From contig OZ024750.1 of NCBI GenBank assembly GCA_964016885.1, positions 14,818,001 to 14,882,000 on the forward strand: a stretch of 64,000 nt of DNA, read 5' to 3'. The number at the start of each line of letters is the position of its first letter. The stretch's first letter is position 1. This document shows, in pieces, positions 27,153 to 40,637 of this stretch. A program made the translations under genes and the position numbers. The notes beneath the pieces were generated by a model. The model made no database searches. It had not been told where the DNA came from and saw only the letters and a program-made list of their open reading frames with translations. The DNA is from Eledone cirrhosa (lineage: Eukaryota).

Positions 27153-30100
27153 GGTTTAACTAATAACAGAAAACTAACTACTGTAAATATTATAGTAAAG
27201 GGGAGTAATTGTCAACTATATTATATATATTATATTTTTACCGGAGACATATTAGAACAAGATTTATTCTAACATACTTCCGGAATGCTGCTGCTAATGT
27301 AGACCGTGAAAGGAATGTGAGGAGGAACAAGTAGTAATGATGGAGAGAGAAAAGATTCAGTTGTTATAGCAACACAACTATCTCTAGTAAGAAGGGGAGA
27401 TATATCTTGTAAGAAATGGTTTCGTTATTAGAGTAAATAAAAAGGGTGGTGGATTGGTTGAATCGGTAGAGCTTCGAACAACATGCTTCGCGGCATAAAG
27501 TTACGTCCCTATACGTTCTAAGTTCAAATCCCGCCGAAGTTAGCTTTGCTTTTCATCCTTACTGGATCGATAAAATAAATCACCAGTCACATACTAGGGA
27601 TCGATTTAATCAACTTTCCCCTTCCTCTTGCCTAATTCAGAAACCGTCATTACAGTAAATACTATTTTGACGGGAATAAGTTTTTTGATGGAAGAAGTAT
27701 AAATAATCAACACTTATTACTTTTACGTTTTTTATAATATTTTGACAGTAGAGTACTTCTCTTTACAGACGAATCTTCGTTACACAGTAATTCGTATGTT
27801 TACGTGATAATGTTTCCTTTCATGTAAACTCATAGACTCACATATAAACATTTAACACTTACATCATCGAGTGGAAATAAAAAGCTAGTTAACAGCCATA
27901 AATTATTTCTGGAAAGTATAGCATACTAATTCTCATAAAGAATTATTTTTCCAAACAAATATAAATCCATGAAAAAAATACATGGAAAATAAATTTCTCT
28001 AAACAATAGTTATCTCCCCTGAAATAACGACCGGGACGTCCTAAATGTGTCAAAACGAAGAGTGTTGGTGGGAACAAGCTCCCTCTACTAAAAAAGGATA
28101 CATAGCATGCGTCTCAAACACCCATTGACCACAAAGTTCAACTCCTTCCCCTCTCGTGAGGCTTAACCGCTAAGTCTGGCGGAACTATTTCTTTTAACAA
28201 GAGAAAGGACGGAGTCAGATGCTGGTATCCCTAAAACCAGTGATTTGGCTAGATAAAACACATCAGTTTTTGGAAAGCAGTTCATTTAGAATTAGCAAAC
28301 CCTAATCTCAAAATTTTGCACGAAAAAAAAAAACTTTGGGATTAAACCTTGAGGGTAAATCTGGAGTCTGAGTCCCCAAAACAGTTCGATATGGTTTTCA
28401 ATTTCGTTCCGGCAACTCATGTGACAGCACCGTCACTTTCCCTTCCCGTAGACAACATGGGTGACGTGAAGAGGAAATACTGCATAGATATTACTAGCTT
28501 TGAATACAAACACTGCCTAGGCCTAACCCTAGGAGAGGACATACCAGTGTTACAACACCAGTGTTACAACGCGACAGGCTTCTGCGCACTTTCCGCCTAC
28601 CAAATTTCACTTAGAAGGCATTAACGAAAGAGATTATAGTAGAAGACAGCCCCAAGGAGCAATGCTGGGAAATTGCGAAACGAACTTCTTAACCACACAT
28701 CCAGGCCTGCGTCTGTTGAATATATTATATTTGATACATTCCTCCAGTAATACAGACAAAGGCAAATAAGATTCTGCTGTTTTCAAATGTATTTATGAAT
28801 TAAGTGAAGAGAATTGGCGACAATTTGAACTAAAATTGATCTCATTTCTTGAAGTTTCTAAGTCTAAAGTCTGTCTCGAGCCCGGAAGCTTATCAGGTCA
28901 ATGCTTATCCCGGTTTTCGTGGCGTTAAGCGATCGTGAATGCAAGCCACCAGTTCATCGCAGGGTTAAACCCCCAGCTATTGGTGGTACTCATTTTCAAC
29001 TGAGTATACTGGAGAAACGTGAAATGAAATGTTTTTCTCAAGAACACAATACTCAAGGAATCGAACCCAGGAATCGAACCCACATTATGATCGTAAATCC
29101 AGCATCCTTACCACTAGGTTACACACCTCAACTCTCTTGAAGTTTAATCCTGCATTACTTATCTGCAATGATTGCAATTAGTTAACCACAAGCATTGCAT
29201 TGATTTCAACTTTGTGAGAAATAGTTACAAAAGCTTCATCTTGATCTACGAAAAGTATAAATGTTTTGATTCCTTTCTAGTTGATAAAATTTATCCAATT
29301 AAAAGGTCAATTACTTGTATCTCATCTCTAATTCAGAGCTAAGCCTATGGGCAAGACACTTAGCTTTCAAATAATTAAACCCACAGTCGAGAATAAATAT
29401 TATAGGTAGACAAACGGAATGAGAAACTAGGCTCGTGGACCTGCTAGATCAAGTAGAAAAACACTATCACCACAATCATTATAATCATGGATTGATTTCT
29501 GGTATGGAGAGTCAGGAATTTGTACCATGTCACTTTAGCACTCTGTTAACCATGTGTATTTGGCAAAATAAGAACATTTACTTGTCTCCAATTACACAAT
29601 AGTAATATCGATAAAATGAGAAAGGAAACGAATCAGATGTAGTGCACCAAGCTAACTGGATATTGGCGAGTAGTTTGTTGGTTTATTATACAGAGAGTGA
29701 ATAAATGAACGAATATCTGTTATTGCAGTAGATTTAATAAAATACACTCCATATCAAACACAATACCAATTTCATTTGACTCGACACAACGCCAATTTTT
29801 GCAATGGTGGGATGAAATTAAGTGAATCGATTCAGCGAATTACTGGTATATATTTAATTGATATGTAAATGTATGAAATGCAATGACAACTCCTGTGGAA
29901 TATAAACTCAAAATATAGTGAAAACAGGGACTAACAAATGTTTCTACCAAATTTACCCCCTATTTATTATTCATGACTATTATCATCTCTATCATGTCGT
30001 CAGTGATTAGGTGTTTACATTCATCCGTATAATATAGAGTTCGATCGACAAAATCTCAAATCTCACTCGCTTACAAAGCTGGGGTGGAACTCGTTAAATC

Positions 30101-30974
30101 GAACCAAGGAAACTATCTTTCCATTCATCTTTCCATTGATAATACTATCTACCGGTCGCAACTCGTGGCAGAAAAAGCAACGTGAAATATAGTGTCTTGC
30201 CCAAGGACATAACGTATCATCCGGTCCGGGAATCGAACTCCCAGTTGCAAATACAATTCTCTAACCACTAAACCACACACCTTCACTTATAAAGCATAAT
30301 GTTAAAAATACAAACTGAAAACACATACAACATCTGATAAGTAAAGTAGATATATTTCAAAGATTTATGAGAACAAATGAAGTTACTACAGACAGAAGGA
30401 AAAAAGTAATAATATTTGAAACGTGTAAAGAGGATGCTCCTGTAACTCCAGAAAAATCCATCATTATTTGGCAGTATCGGTAGATGTTCGGACACCATGC
30501 TTTGCTTTAACGGAAGGTAGGCCACGGTAAAGAAAAGCAAATGAGGTTAAGGACGAACTATGAAATCATTATAAGTGAAAATCATTGAAAATCATTGAAA
30601 ATCATTGAAAATCATTGCAGCAACTAAAAGTAATAAGGTCATATGAATATGTAATAAAATTAGATATGTTTTCTGTGCATGCTTATCAACTTTACTGATA
30701 ATCGTATTATACTTCTAATTTATTTAAATGGAATACATTACAAAGTCCGGTCCCATTAAACATAACTTGCAAATGATTTTAGTTCACTCTGTTAATTTGT
30801 ACTTCTTTTACCTCTTTATCCCTTTTATTGGGTAACTAAAACTAAAAAACATTAATAAATCTATCTTTTCCAAGATCTTGACTCTTATAGTGATTTCCTT
30901 CAAAATTCTCGTAAACATACATTTTGGGTATATTCACAATGGTTGCACCACTGTGTAAGACAAGAAGCAAACAA

Positions 30975-31039
<65 letters not shown>

Positions 31040-31329
31040 GCGAGACCACCCAAGCTCATGGATATTATGCAACTATCTTTCTCAGGGTCTGCCCCTGGGT
31101 CTCCTGCCGGTTGGTCTCGCCCGTAAAATCTGTCCTGCGATTTTACCACATGCCCATAATATCGGAGCTGTGATCTCTCAATTCGGGGAAGAAGCGGCTC
31201 TACCTGGAATGACTTTATCGAGTAATGTTACTCCAAATCCCCTTCTGAGGAACCCCATTTCAGCCGCTTGTATTCGTGATCGGCCTGTCGAAAAATAGAT
31301 TGCAGTCTCCATTTCATGCTGCACAAACT

Positions 31330-31920
31330 GGCGATGGGCTTGTCACCTTCATGGGAGGTGTGGGATGAACTCACAAAGATTGCGTATCCCGAGACCCCAA
31401 AGAGAAAACCTTGAAAGTTGGAACTTGGAACATCACAACCCTTACAAGTAAAGAGTAGGAAATAGTGGAAGAGACTAGATGCTACTGACTAGATATAGTT
31501 GGGGCTTCCTCAACAAAGTTCCGTGGCTCTGATACTGTAGATTTGGATAAAGAATAGAAACTTCACTATTCAGGTGTGGTGCCAGAAATGACTGCACAGG
31601 TGGGAGTGTGGATACTCACAAGCCCTCAACTGTCAGAATGTGTTATGGACGGGATACCATCAGGAGGGAGGATTTGCCTCTTAAAGTTTAAGCTGAAAGA
31701 TAGGTCTCTGTGGGCAGTGCAAGTTTATGCACCAAACAAGGAGTCCGTATACAGCTCCTTCCTTGATGAAGTCACTGCAACGTTAGATGTTGATAAGACT
31801 GAATCATATATCCTCATGGGAGACTTCAATGTACATGTTAACACTGACCACCTGAGATGGAAAGGAGTGATTAGAAAGAATGGTGACCCCGATCTAAATA
31901 CGAATGGAGAGGTTTTAAGC
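31330..31920 (+). mobile_element. RTE-type LINE, AP-endonuclease remnant
   Basis: LKVGTWNITTL...QVYAPN...ILMGDFNVHV...NTNGEVL, with in-frame stops. Confidence 0.85.
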
Positions 31921-32351
31921 AATAGATGTGACTTATATGTAGCGGAGAAAAGACTTATCTAAAAAATTATTACATCTAAAATTAAATTTAAAACGATGAA
32001 TTTTAGCGATTCAGATAATGCAGAGATGCAAATAAATATATTTTATATAAGTGACACAGCCACCATAAATGCATAATTGTGTGAAGTGTAGTAATATGTG
32101 GTGTGCGTGTGTAAGTAAGTAGAGACAATTTAATATGCCCATTCTCTTTTTACACTACATCTACCTAAACTTACAGCTTCATTAACGTGCTATTATCTTG
32201 CTGTCAAACTGTAATTATATAATTACTTTCTTGTCGAACAATTTCTTAATTATAACAATAAATGCTCTATTAATTTCAATTTTAGAATTGAACATATCTT
32301 AAGTTTTATAAGGGATACAACCATTTTAATAAATTTATCGGTTACTTCCCC

Positions 32352-32750
32352 TCTTCTTCTTCTTCTTCTTCTTCTTCTTCTTCTTCTTCTTGAGAGGGTC
32401 ATGGGTGGCAGAGTCCTCAAACACCCCTCCCAGCAGGTCCTGTCAGAAGCAACCTTCTCCAACTGATCCAGTTGGATCTCCAAGCGTGACCAGCCAAGCT
32501 CATGGATGTTATCCAACCATCCTGCTCGGGGTCTACCTCTGGGTTTCCTCGTATAGAGACATCAGGGCAATAAGAAGCTGACCACGATCCCATACCCCTG
32601 CAGAACTCTCCATAGCAGGTCTCAAGGTTCGCGGTAATATGCCTTTTCGAGGTCTACAAATACTCCCAAGATTTCTCGAAGATTTGCCGCAGTGTGAATA
32701 TTTGGTCTGTTGGGCTTCGTCCGGGGCGAAAACCGCACTGTTCACCAGCT
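32352..32750 (-). mobile_element. RTE-type LINE remnant (RT fragment fused to the 3' end with an (AAG)n tail)
   Basis: [28 protein letters not shown]...VDLEKAY. The same 3' end occurs at 8180-8310, 12590-12990, 31040-31275, 38544-38790 and 56665-56840. Confidence 0.85.
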
Positions 32751-32934
32751 AGCTACTTAGTATAGACTTTACTGGGGTGGCTTTACTCCGGTTACTTCCC
32801 TTCGATTACAATTTGTGATTTTCACTAACTGAATTTTCTTGAGATTACTTTCTTTGCCATAAACAGTGCTGAATGACACATCAATAACGTGATGTCGTCT
32901 GAATATATATATTCGCTTTGTAGATATACATATA

Positions 32935-33262
32935 CACCAGGTCCAATCACAAAGGAACCAAACTCCCATTGTCACTGCCTCCGTCTCTCCCGCTCTCCCC
33001 ATTTCTCACTATTATGAGCCAATAAGGACCCACGCGCTGGCCGTCCCGCGGTCCCGGCGGACAGAATAGAGAAGGCGTTTCACCAGAGGATGGTGAAGGA
33101 GACTCGTGAGGCTTACACCTGCGGGTAGCCAACACTGTGCCAATGGTGGTGAGTAGGGAGGTGGTCCTAGGGTCAAGGACACCAGAAGTCCCCATTGCTA
33201 AGGGCTCTACCCCAAACTTCTCGGAGAGCGACCGATATTTGGAGAGTTTACCCTCCCCAACC
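32935..33262 (-). mobile_element. CRE-like RLE retrotransposon 3' fragment
   Basis: Homologous to 4700-4980 and 39050-39420 (KLSKYRSL...TSGVLDP..TSLLTTIG). Confidence 0.75.
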
Positions 33263-34259
33263 CAATGTGTAAAACGAAAGGAAACACACGAGGAATTCGA
33301 TTTAACTCAGAAATGACGGCATATGTTTTTCTCATATCTTTATAAGTTTTATATCCCTCCAATGTTTCTGATAAACCAAATCTACCTTAGCAATGCAATG
33401 ATCTATTAATATACCAATCATCGACACCCACTATCCTTTAAAAAAACAGGTTTCTATCATTTCATGGATATATGTCTCGTTAAATAACAATAGAACAACA
33501 TGCCAAAAGAAACTCATTTGACAATTCATTTTTAATAACACATAACTTTATAATATATACGCACTGTGTATAACAGCTCTCTACTCTCTGAGTTCAAATC
33601 CCGCTAAGGTCAACTTTGCCTTTCATCCTTTCGAGGTCGATAAAAAAAAAGTACCAGTCTAGTACTAGGGTCAATTCTTCCTCTATATATCTTTGTCATT
33701 TCCTCTCTCTCACTTTCTATCTTTCTCTGAAAGAAATCTGCTGTAATCAGGCTTGGAGAGGGGTGGGTTCCGCCAGGTTAAAAAAAATACCCCTAAAACT
33801 CCGTATGTCAATACGGCGCCCCTAACACTTCCTCAGGAGTTACGGGGCCACACATATATATATACATTTTTGTTTTTAATACAGTTTACGGCCCCAATAG
33901 TAATAAATATGCTTTAAAAGTTAAAAGACGTTTCCTACAACATATTCTATATGTGAATGGAAATCTAATAAACAGATTAGGGGTCATTTTATCAACACCA
34001 ACAACTGTGTAATGATAAGTGGGATATGGTAACAGTTACAAAGTAAGGAGTTAGTACTATAAGGTACAGAAGGGGTTAAGTCATATTGTTGGCCTGCCCC
34101 ACAGCCCCGACGAACAGAATGGAGAAGGCGTTTTCCCGGAGGATGGTAAGGGAGACAATGATTGAGGATCGTCTTCTGTTTTTCACCCTTTTAATTCTGT
34201 TTACCCTCCCACCTCATCCTTTCACAACTACCACCACCACCACCACCACCACCACCACC

Positions 34260-34306
<47 letters not shown>

Positions 34307-34479
34307 ATGAGGTGTTTAAGCTGTTTTGTTATTTTACACGTTTGTCCACTAAACTTAGTTGATCATAATGAAAATATGTTGACAATCCGGTTTAACAAGT
34401 CTTGCACCTCTGATCCATCTTTACGAGTACTATTTCTAGTTTGGAGGCACCTCTGCCTGCATTTGTGTGTGTGTGTGTG

Positions 34480-34511
<32 letters not shown>

Positions 34512-35209
34512 AATAACACGGTGATTCACACACACACACACCGTGTTCATGAATGTGGAAATAATTGTGTCTCATTGTCTGTTTTGTATGTGTTGGCTTG
34601 TATTTGTTAGTGTAAGGAAGTGCGTGTGTATGTATGTATGTATGTATATATGTATGTATATATATATATATATATGAATGCGTGTAACCTTTTGTATGTA
34701 TGTGAATTTATTCACACACAGAAATAGAAACCCAAAATTATAATTACAAAAAAACAAAAAAACAAAAAAAACAACTTAGCTTACCAAATAGAATAATTCT
34801 GTGGGTGTTGGTTTTTAAAATGATATTTTAAAATTGTATCGTAATACACTCACGCATATAGGAGTGTATGTGTATTTACGTATGTTGTGTTTATAAGTTT
34901 GTTTGTTCATGCATGTATATACATGTAAGTGCTTTTAAAAAAAAGAATCTCCCCTTTACTCTCAGTCTTTGGTCTTTCACCTCACAAGCTCTGAGTGTTT
35001 CTAGATTCATAAAACCATCACCGAACTATCGAAAATGTTTATGATCTAATGTTAGTGAAAATACCAATCACTTGTAACTTACCTTTCTGACGAAGAGGAA
35101 TCAATAAGGATATATAATATTTATTTATGTTCCTATACATCCAATTGTTTTCAGTCAAAATCAGTAAGTGACTTAAATTTACCTATTAATTCAATTTATA
35201 TTTTATCAG

Positions 35210-35210
<1 letters not shown>

Positions 35211-35277
<67 letters not shown>

Positions 35278-35520
35278 ACAGGCACAGGCACACACATACA
35301 GACACACACATACACACACATATACACAGACACACACATACAGACACACACACACACACACACACAAATACACACACACACACAGGCACACACACACAGA
35401 CACACACACATACACACACACACGAACACACAGGCACACATACAAACACACACACAAACACATACATAAACACACAGGCACACACACACATAGACACACA
35501 CACACAAATAGAATACACAA
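35211..35520. repeat. Complex (CA)n microsatellite; representative of many (CA)n, (TA)n, (GA)n, (CTT)n and (ACC/ACT)n tracts
   Basis: Direct reading. Others include 30976-31037, 34227-34306, 36449-36557, 36714-36850, 52615-52679 and 54853-54916. Confidence 0.95.
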
Positions 35521-35729
35521 TTTTACATATCAAAGTTAGATTGGCGGAAATAATTGGAATTGAAAAGTGATATATTCAGGCATTAAATTGAAAAATTTAA
35601 ACCATCCTAAAAACTAAAAGGTCCAGCTGATGGCACAAATAAATTGTTACAGCCGTCGCTGGTGGCTATTTCCACCACTGCAGGAAGGCACGGGGCAATT
35701 GCTCCCCCCCCCCCATGGAATCCAGCCCT

Positions 35730-35781
<52 letters not shown>

Positions 35782-36106
35782 CATTTCATTTATTGATTTA
35801 TTGATAATTTATCTGAGTGTCCCGAATCTTCCATATCGAACTTATCGGTTATTTGGTTGATTGTAGACATATTCTACGTGTGACGGTATTTAACGATAGT
35901 TATAGCTCTAATTTATTTGAATTATAGAGCCCTCTGCCGCTCATCTCGAATTTTGTTTATCGTGAACTCGTGCGCCGATTTTTCGATACTCGATTATTCT
36001 ACTATATATATATATATGCAAAGTTTTATTTAAATTGTTGGGTTACAACGAGTAAATATTTATAACTGATATAAAAGCACTCAACAAATATTTGGAGTAT
36101 ATTTAC

Positions 36107-36562
<456 letters not shown>

Positions 36563-36708
36563 GCGGTGCTGACGGCTGGAATTCTCTCTCTCTGTCTCTT
36601 CATATGAAATACCTATGATTCCTAGCAGACAACTGACGATGGATAGTCCCCTTCTTTCGCCCGTAACTTTTATTTTTCATTATACATAATTGCAACCACA
36701 CAGCTCGC

Positions 36709-36834
<126 letters not shown>

Positions 36835-36849
36835 TATATATATATATAT

Positions 36850-37046
36850 AAAAAGAGAGGAAGTGATAAAGAGATACAGCGGAAGAATCGAATCCAGTAT
36901 TGGTACTTTATTTATCGACCTCCAAAGGATGAAATGCAAAGTCAACTCCGGCTTGATTTGAACTTAGAACTCAGAGAGCTGAAATGAATAATACAAGGCA
37001 CTCTATGCGACACCCTAATGGTTATGCCATTTCACCGCCTCAGACT

Positions 37047-37115
<69 letters not shown>

Positions 37116-37317
37116 TACTTTGTCTGAGGCGGTGAAATGGCATAACCATTAGGGTGTCGCATAGAATGCCTTGTATTATTCATTTCAGCTCTCTGAGTTC
37201 TAAGTTCGAATCAAGCCGGAGTTGACTTTGCATTTCATCCTTTGGAGGTCGATAAATAAAGTACCAATACTGGATTCGATTCTTCCGCTGTATCTCTTTA
37301 TCACTTCCTCTCTTTTT
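36850..37317. repeat. Inverted duplication of a SINE 5' part around (GA)n
   Basis: 36850-37045 mirrors 37122-37317. Confidence 0.92.
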
Positions 37318-37686
37318 CACCCTCTCTCATTACCTTTCTCTGGAAGAAATTGGATGCATTCAGACCTTGAAAGGGGTTTTGGACTTCGCCCTGTTTAAAT
37401 ACCAAGTATTTCATGACAGTACCCCTACGACTGTATCAGGTATTATGGAAAACATGTCGATAAATGATTAGTCTGAAGGAGAATGACAGTATCCACCGCT
37501 TCTACAATTTTTCCCAGACTAGGTTGTTAAGTTAATTGGGGGTGATAGGTGGATTAGTATTGATGTTAGCTTTGTTAGTACTTTCTTGTCATTGGTTTCA
37601 CTTGAGCTTAGTAGCTGATCTACTATGAGACTAAGCTTAAGCTTCAGAACTTCTAATCCAGGAATGACTCCAAAAGCAATTTTGTC

Positions 37687-38370
37687 TTTATGTTGTCCTA
37701 TTATCGCAGGTTGTGAAGCTACTCACCTAATAATTGAAGCGTTAGAACCTTCCAAAATGTAGACCTTTATGTTGTCCTATTATCGCAGGTTGTGAAGCTA
37801 CCCACCTAACAATTCAAGCGTTAGAACCTTCCAAAATGTAGACCTTTATGTTGTCCTATTATCGTTGGTTGTGAAGCTACCGACCTAATAATTGAAGCGT
37901 TAGAACCTTCCAAATGTAGACCTTTATGTTGTCCTATTATCGTTGGTTGTGAAGCTACCCACCTAACAATTCAAGCGTTAGAACCTTCCAAATGTAGACC
38001 TTTATGTTGTCCTATTATCGTTGGTTGTGAAGCTACCGACCTAATAATTCAAGCGTTAGAACCTTCCAAATGTAGACCTTTATGTTGTCCTATTATCGCA
38101 GGTTGTGAAGCTACTCACCTAATAATTGAAGCGTTAGAACCTTCCAAATGTAGACCTTTATGTTGTCCTATTATCGCAGGTTGTGAAGCTACCCACCTAA
38201 TAATTGAAGCGTTAGAACCTTCCAAATGTAGACCTTTATGTTGTCCTATTATCGCAGGTTGTGAAGCTACTCACCTAATAATTGAAGCGTTAGAACCTTC
38301 CAAATGTAGACCTTTATGTTGTCCTATTATCGTTGGTTGTGAAGCTACTCACCTAATAATTCAAGCGTTA
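37687..38370. repeat. 78-bp minisatellite, about 9 copies
   Basis: CCTTTATGTTGTCCTATTATCG recurs at 37921, 37999, 38077 and onward. Confidence 0.93.
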
Positions 38371-39049
38371 GGGAGTAGCAAGAGTGGTGTAGTGGTGTGA
38401 TCAATAGCCTATGTAATACATTTTGCCAATCAATTAAACAGACACTGAAACAATTAATCAATATTTCCTCAAAGAACAGCAATGTGGCGGTTCCGAGTTT
38501 AAATTATGCTGGGGTTCTTCTTCTTCTTCCAAAGTACACGGTTTCTTCTTCTTCTTCTTCTTCTTCTTCTTCTTCTTCTTCTTCTTCTTCTTCTTCTTCT
38601 TCTTCTTCTTCTCGAGATGGTCGTGAGGGCAGGGCAGAGTCCTCAAAACACTCCTTCCAGCGAGTCCTGTCAGAAGCAACTGTCTCCAACAGATCCGGCT
38701 AGATCCCCAAGCGTGATCAGCCAAGCTCATGCATATTATCCAGCCATCTTGCTCGGGGTCTACTCCTGGGTCTCTTTCCGGTTGGTTTTGCCTGTAAAAT
38801 CTGTTGCTAGGGTTGACATTGATTTTTATCTTTCCGGAAGGTTAATAAAATAATGAAATCCCTTATCAATACATATACATCTTATACAAAAAATAGGAAA
38901 CTTGACTTCTTTATTAGTTGACTCAAACACTGGTCAATTCATTCTTTTGACTTCAAAGAGATGATTCTCAAATTTGTACAGTAGGTACGATTTGAACTCT
39001 AACTCTACAAACTAGCGTAAATTAAACCTCCACATGATTTTTTAAAAAT

Positions 39050-39420
39050 GGTTGCAACAGGTTCTGCTGCACTTCGGGCTGAGAAGGGCAAACTCTCCAA
39101 GTACCGGTCGCTCTCCGACAGGTTTGCGGTCGTACCCTTGACAGTGGAGACTTCTGGTGCCCTTGGCCCTTGGGCTACCTCCCTACTCACCACAATAGGC
39201 GCTGAGCTGGCCAGCCGCAGGTGCGAGCCTCGCGAGATGGAATGGCTCTTCCAGCGCCTCTCCCTTGCCATCCTCCGGGGAAACGCCTTCTCAATTCTGT
39301 CCGCCGGGGCTGTGGGGCGGCCAGCAAGCGGGATCCCATTTGCTCTCTATACAGAGAAATGGGTAGGGCGAGAGAGATGGAGGCGATGACAGTGGGAGTT
39401 CGGCTCTTCCGTGTTCGGAC
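39050..39420 (+). mobile_element. CRE-like RLE retrotransposon 3' fragment
   Basis: GSAALRAEKGKLSKYRSL...PLTVETSGALGPWA...WLFQRLSLAILRGNAFSIL, followed by the shared 3' tail. Confidence 0.85.
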
Positions 39421-39677
39421 ACATTTCACCTGTCACGTGGATCACGTGATATGTTTGTTATCTCAATAAGTTAATCGTTAAAACGTTGGATAAAATGATT
39501 TACGGTATTTATTGAGGATATGTACATTCGGACTTCAAAGCCTGCTGAGGTTAACTTTACCTTCTGGGGTCTACAAAATAAACAGACCTGCCAACCTCTA
39601 AAAACTCAAATGGGGAATACCATGAAAAAAAAGTGACCCAAAACGGGGAAAAATGAGGGAAAATAGGGAGATTTTAA

Positions 39678-40070
39678 ATAATTGTTTCTACTATTGGCAT
39701 AAGGCCAGCAATTAACCAGTACATTACTGGTACTTTATTTTATTGACCCCGTAAGGATGAAAGGCAAAGTTAACCTCGGCGGGATTTGAACTCAGACCGT
39801 AAAGGGACGTAACGATGCAGGAAAGCATGGCGTCCGACCCTCTACCGATACTGCCAATCCACCGCCCATAGAGATTTTAAATAATTGTTTCTACTTTAGG
39901 CACAAGGCCAGCAAATTACCCAGTGCATTACTGGTACTTTATTTTATCGACCCCGTAAGGATGAAAGGCAAAGTCAACCTCGGCGGGATTTGAACTCAGA
40001 TCATAAAGGGACGTAACTATGCTGGAAAGCATGGCGTCCGACCCTCTACCGATACTGCCAATCCACCGCC
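39678..40070 (-). mobile_element. Two tandem SINE family A copies nested in a MITE
   Basis: Copies at 39678-39867 and 39880-40070, each flanked by GA(T)ATTTTAAATAAT-like duplications. Confidence 0.85.
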
Positions 40071-40442
40071 CTTAGATATTTTAAATAATGAAAGCTATAC
40101 TCATTTTCACAAGAAAAGACATCTCTTACCCACCCCAAAGTGGGTGGGAGATCTCCCTCGCCTGACGGAGAGAGTTGACAGGTTTGAATAAAGTATCAGT
40201 AAAACATGAGGGCCAATGTTATCAATTTATTCCTCATCCAATTACTGATCTTGTACTTAAATTAGAAACTAGTATATTATTGAAAAGCAGTGACACGGTC
40301 CCACATTTCATCCAGTGTGAGACCAATGGAGTTAGATGGCTTACACCCCTACGTGAGACAATAATACACCGTATCACAGACCACTCACCAGGCCTATTAA
40401 CTCAACCCCCCGTCCGACAGGGAGATTTTCAAAAGCCTTTGA

Positions 40443-40637
40443 GGCGCATGGCTTAGTGGTTAGAGCATTGGGCTTGCAATTGAGAGGTTGTGAGTTCGAT
40501 TCTCGGACCGGGTGATGCGTTATGTCCTTGAGCAAGACACTTTATTTCACGTTGCTCCAGTTTACTCAGCTGTAGAAATGAGTTGCGACGTCACTGGTGC
40601 CAAGCTGTATCGGCCATTGCGTTTCCCTTGGACAACA
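40443..40637 (+). mobile_element. tRNA-derived SINE family B (CORE-like body)
   Basis: Head GGCGCATGGCTTAGTGGTTAG...GAGTTCGATTCTC followed by GTCCTTGAGCAAGACACTTT. Related copies at 4200-4400(-), 28860-29130(-), 30150-30280(-), 44540-44675(-), 46730-47000(+), 60730-60875(-). Confidence 0.8.

Noticed and set aside
27360-27373. RFX X-box-like GTTGTTATAGCAAC upstream of MPC2
   Set aside because: A single imperfect motif that cannot be supported without conservation data.
37687-38370. CRISPR-like regular array
   Set aside because: The units are wholly repeated with no unique spacers, the context is eukaryotic, and there are no cas genes. The same applies to the 32-bp and 27-bp arrays.
40443-40516. 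tRNA gene
   Set aside because: It has A/B boxes but a poor acceptor stem and runs directly into a multi-copy SINE body.
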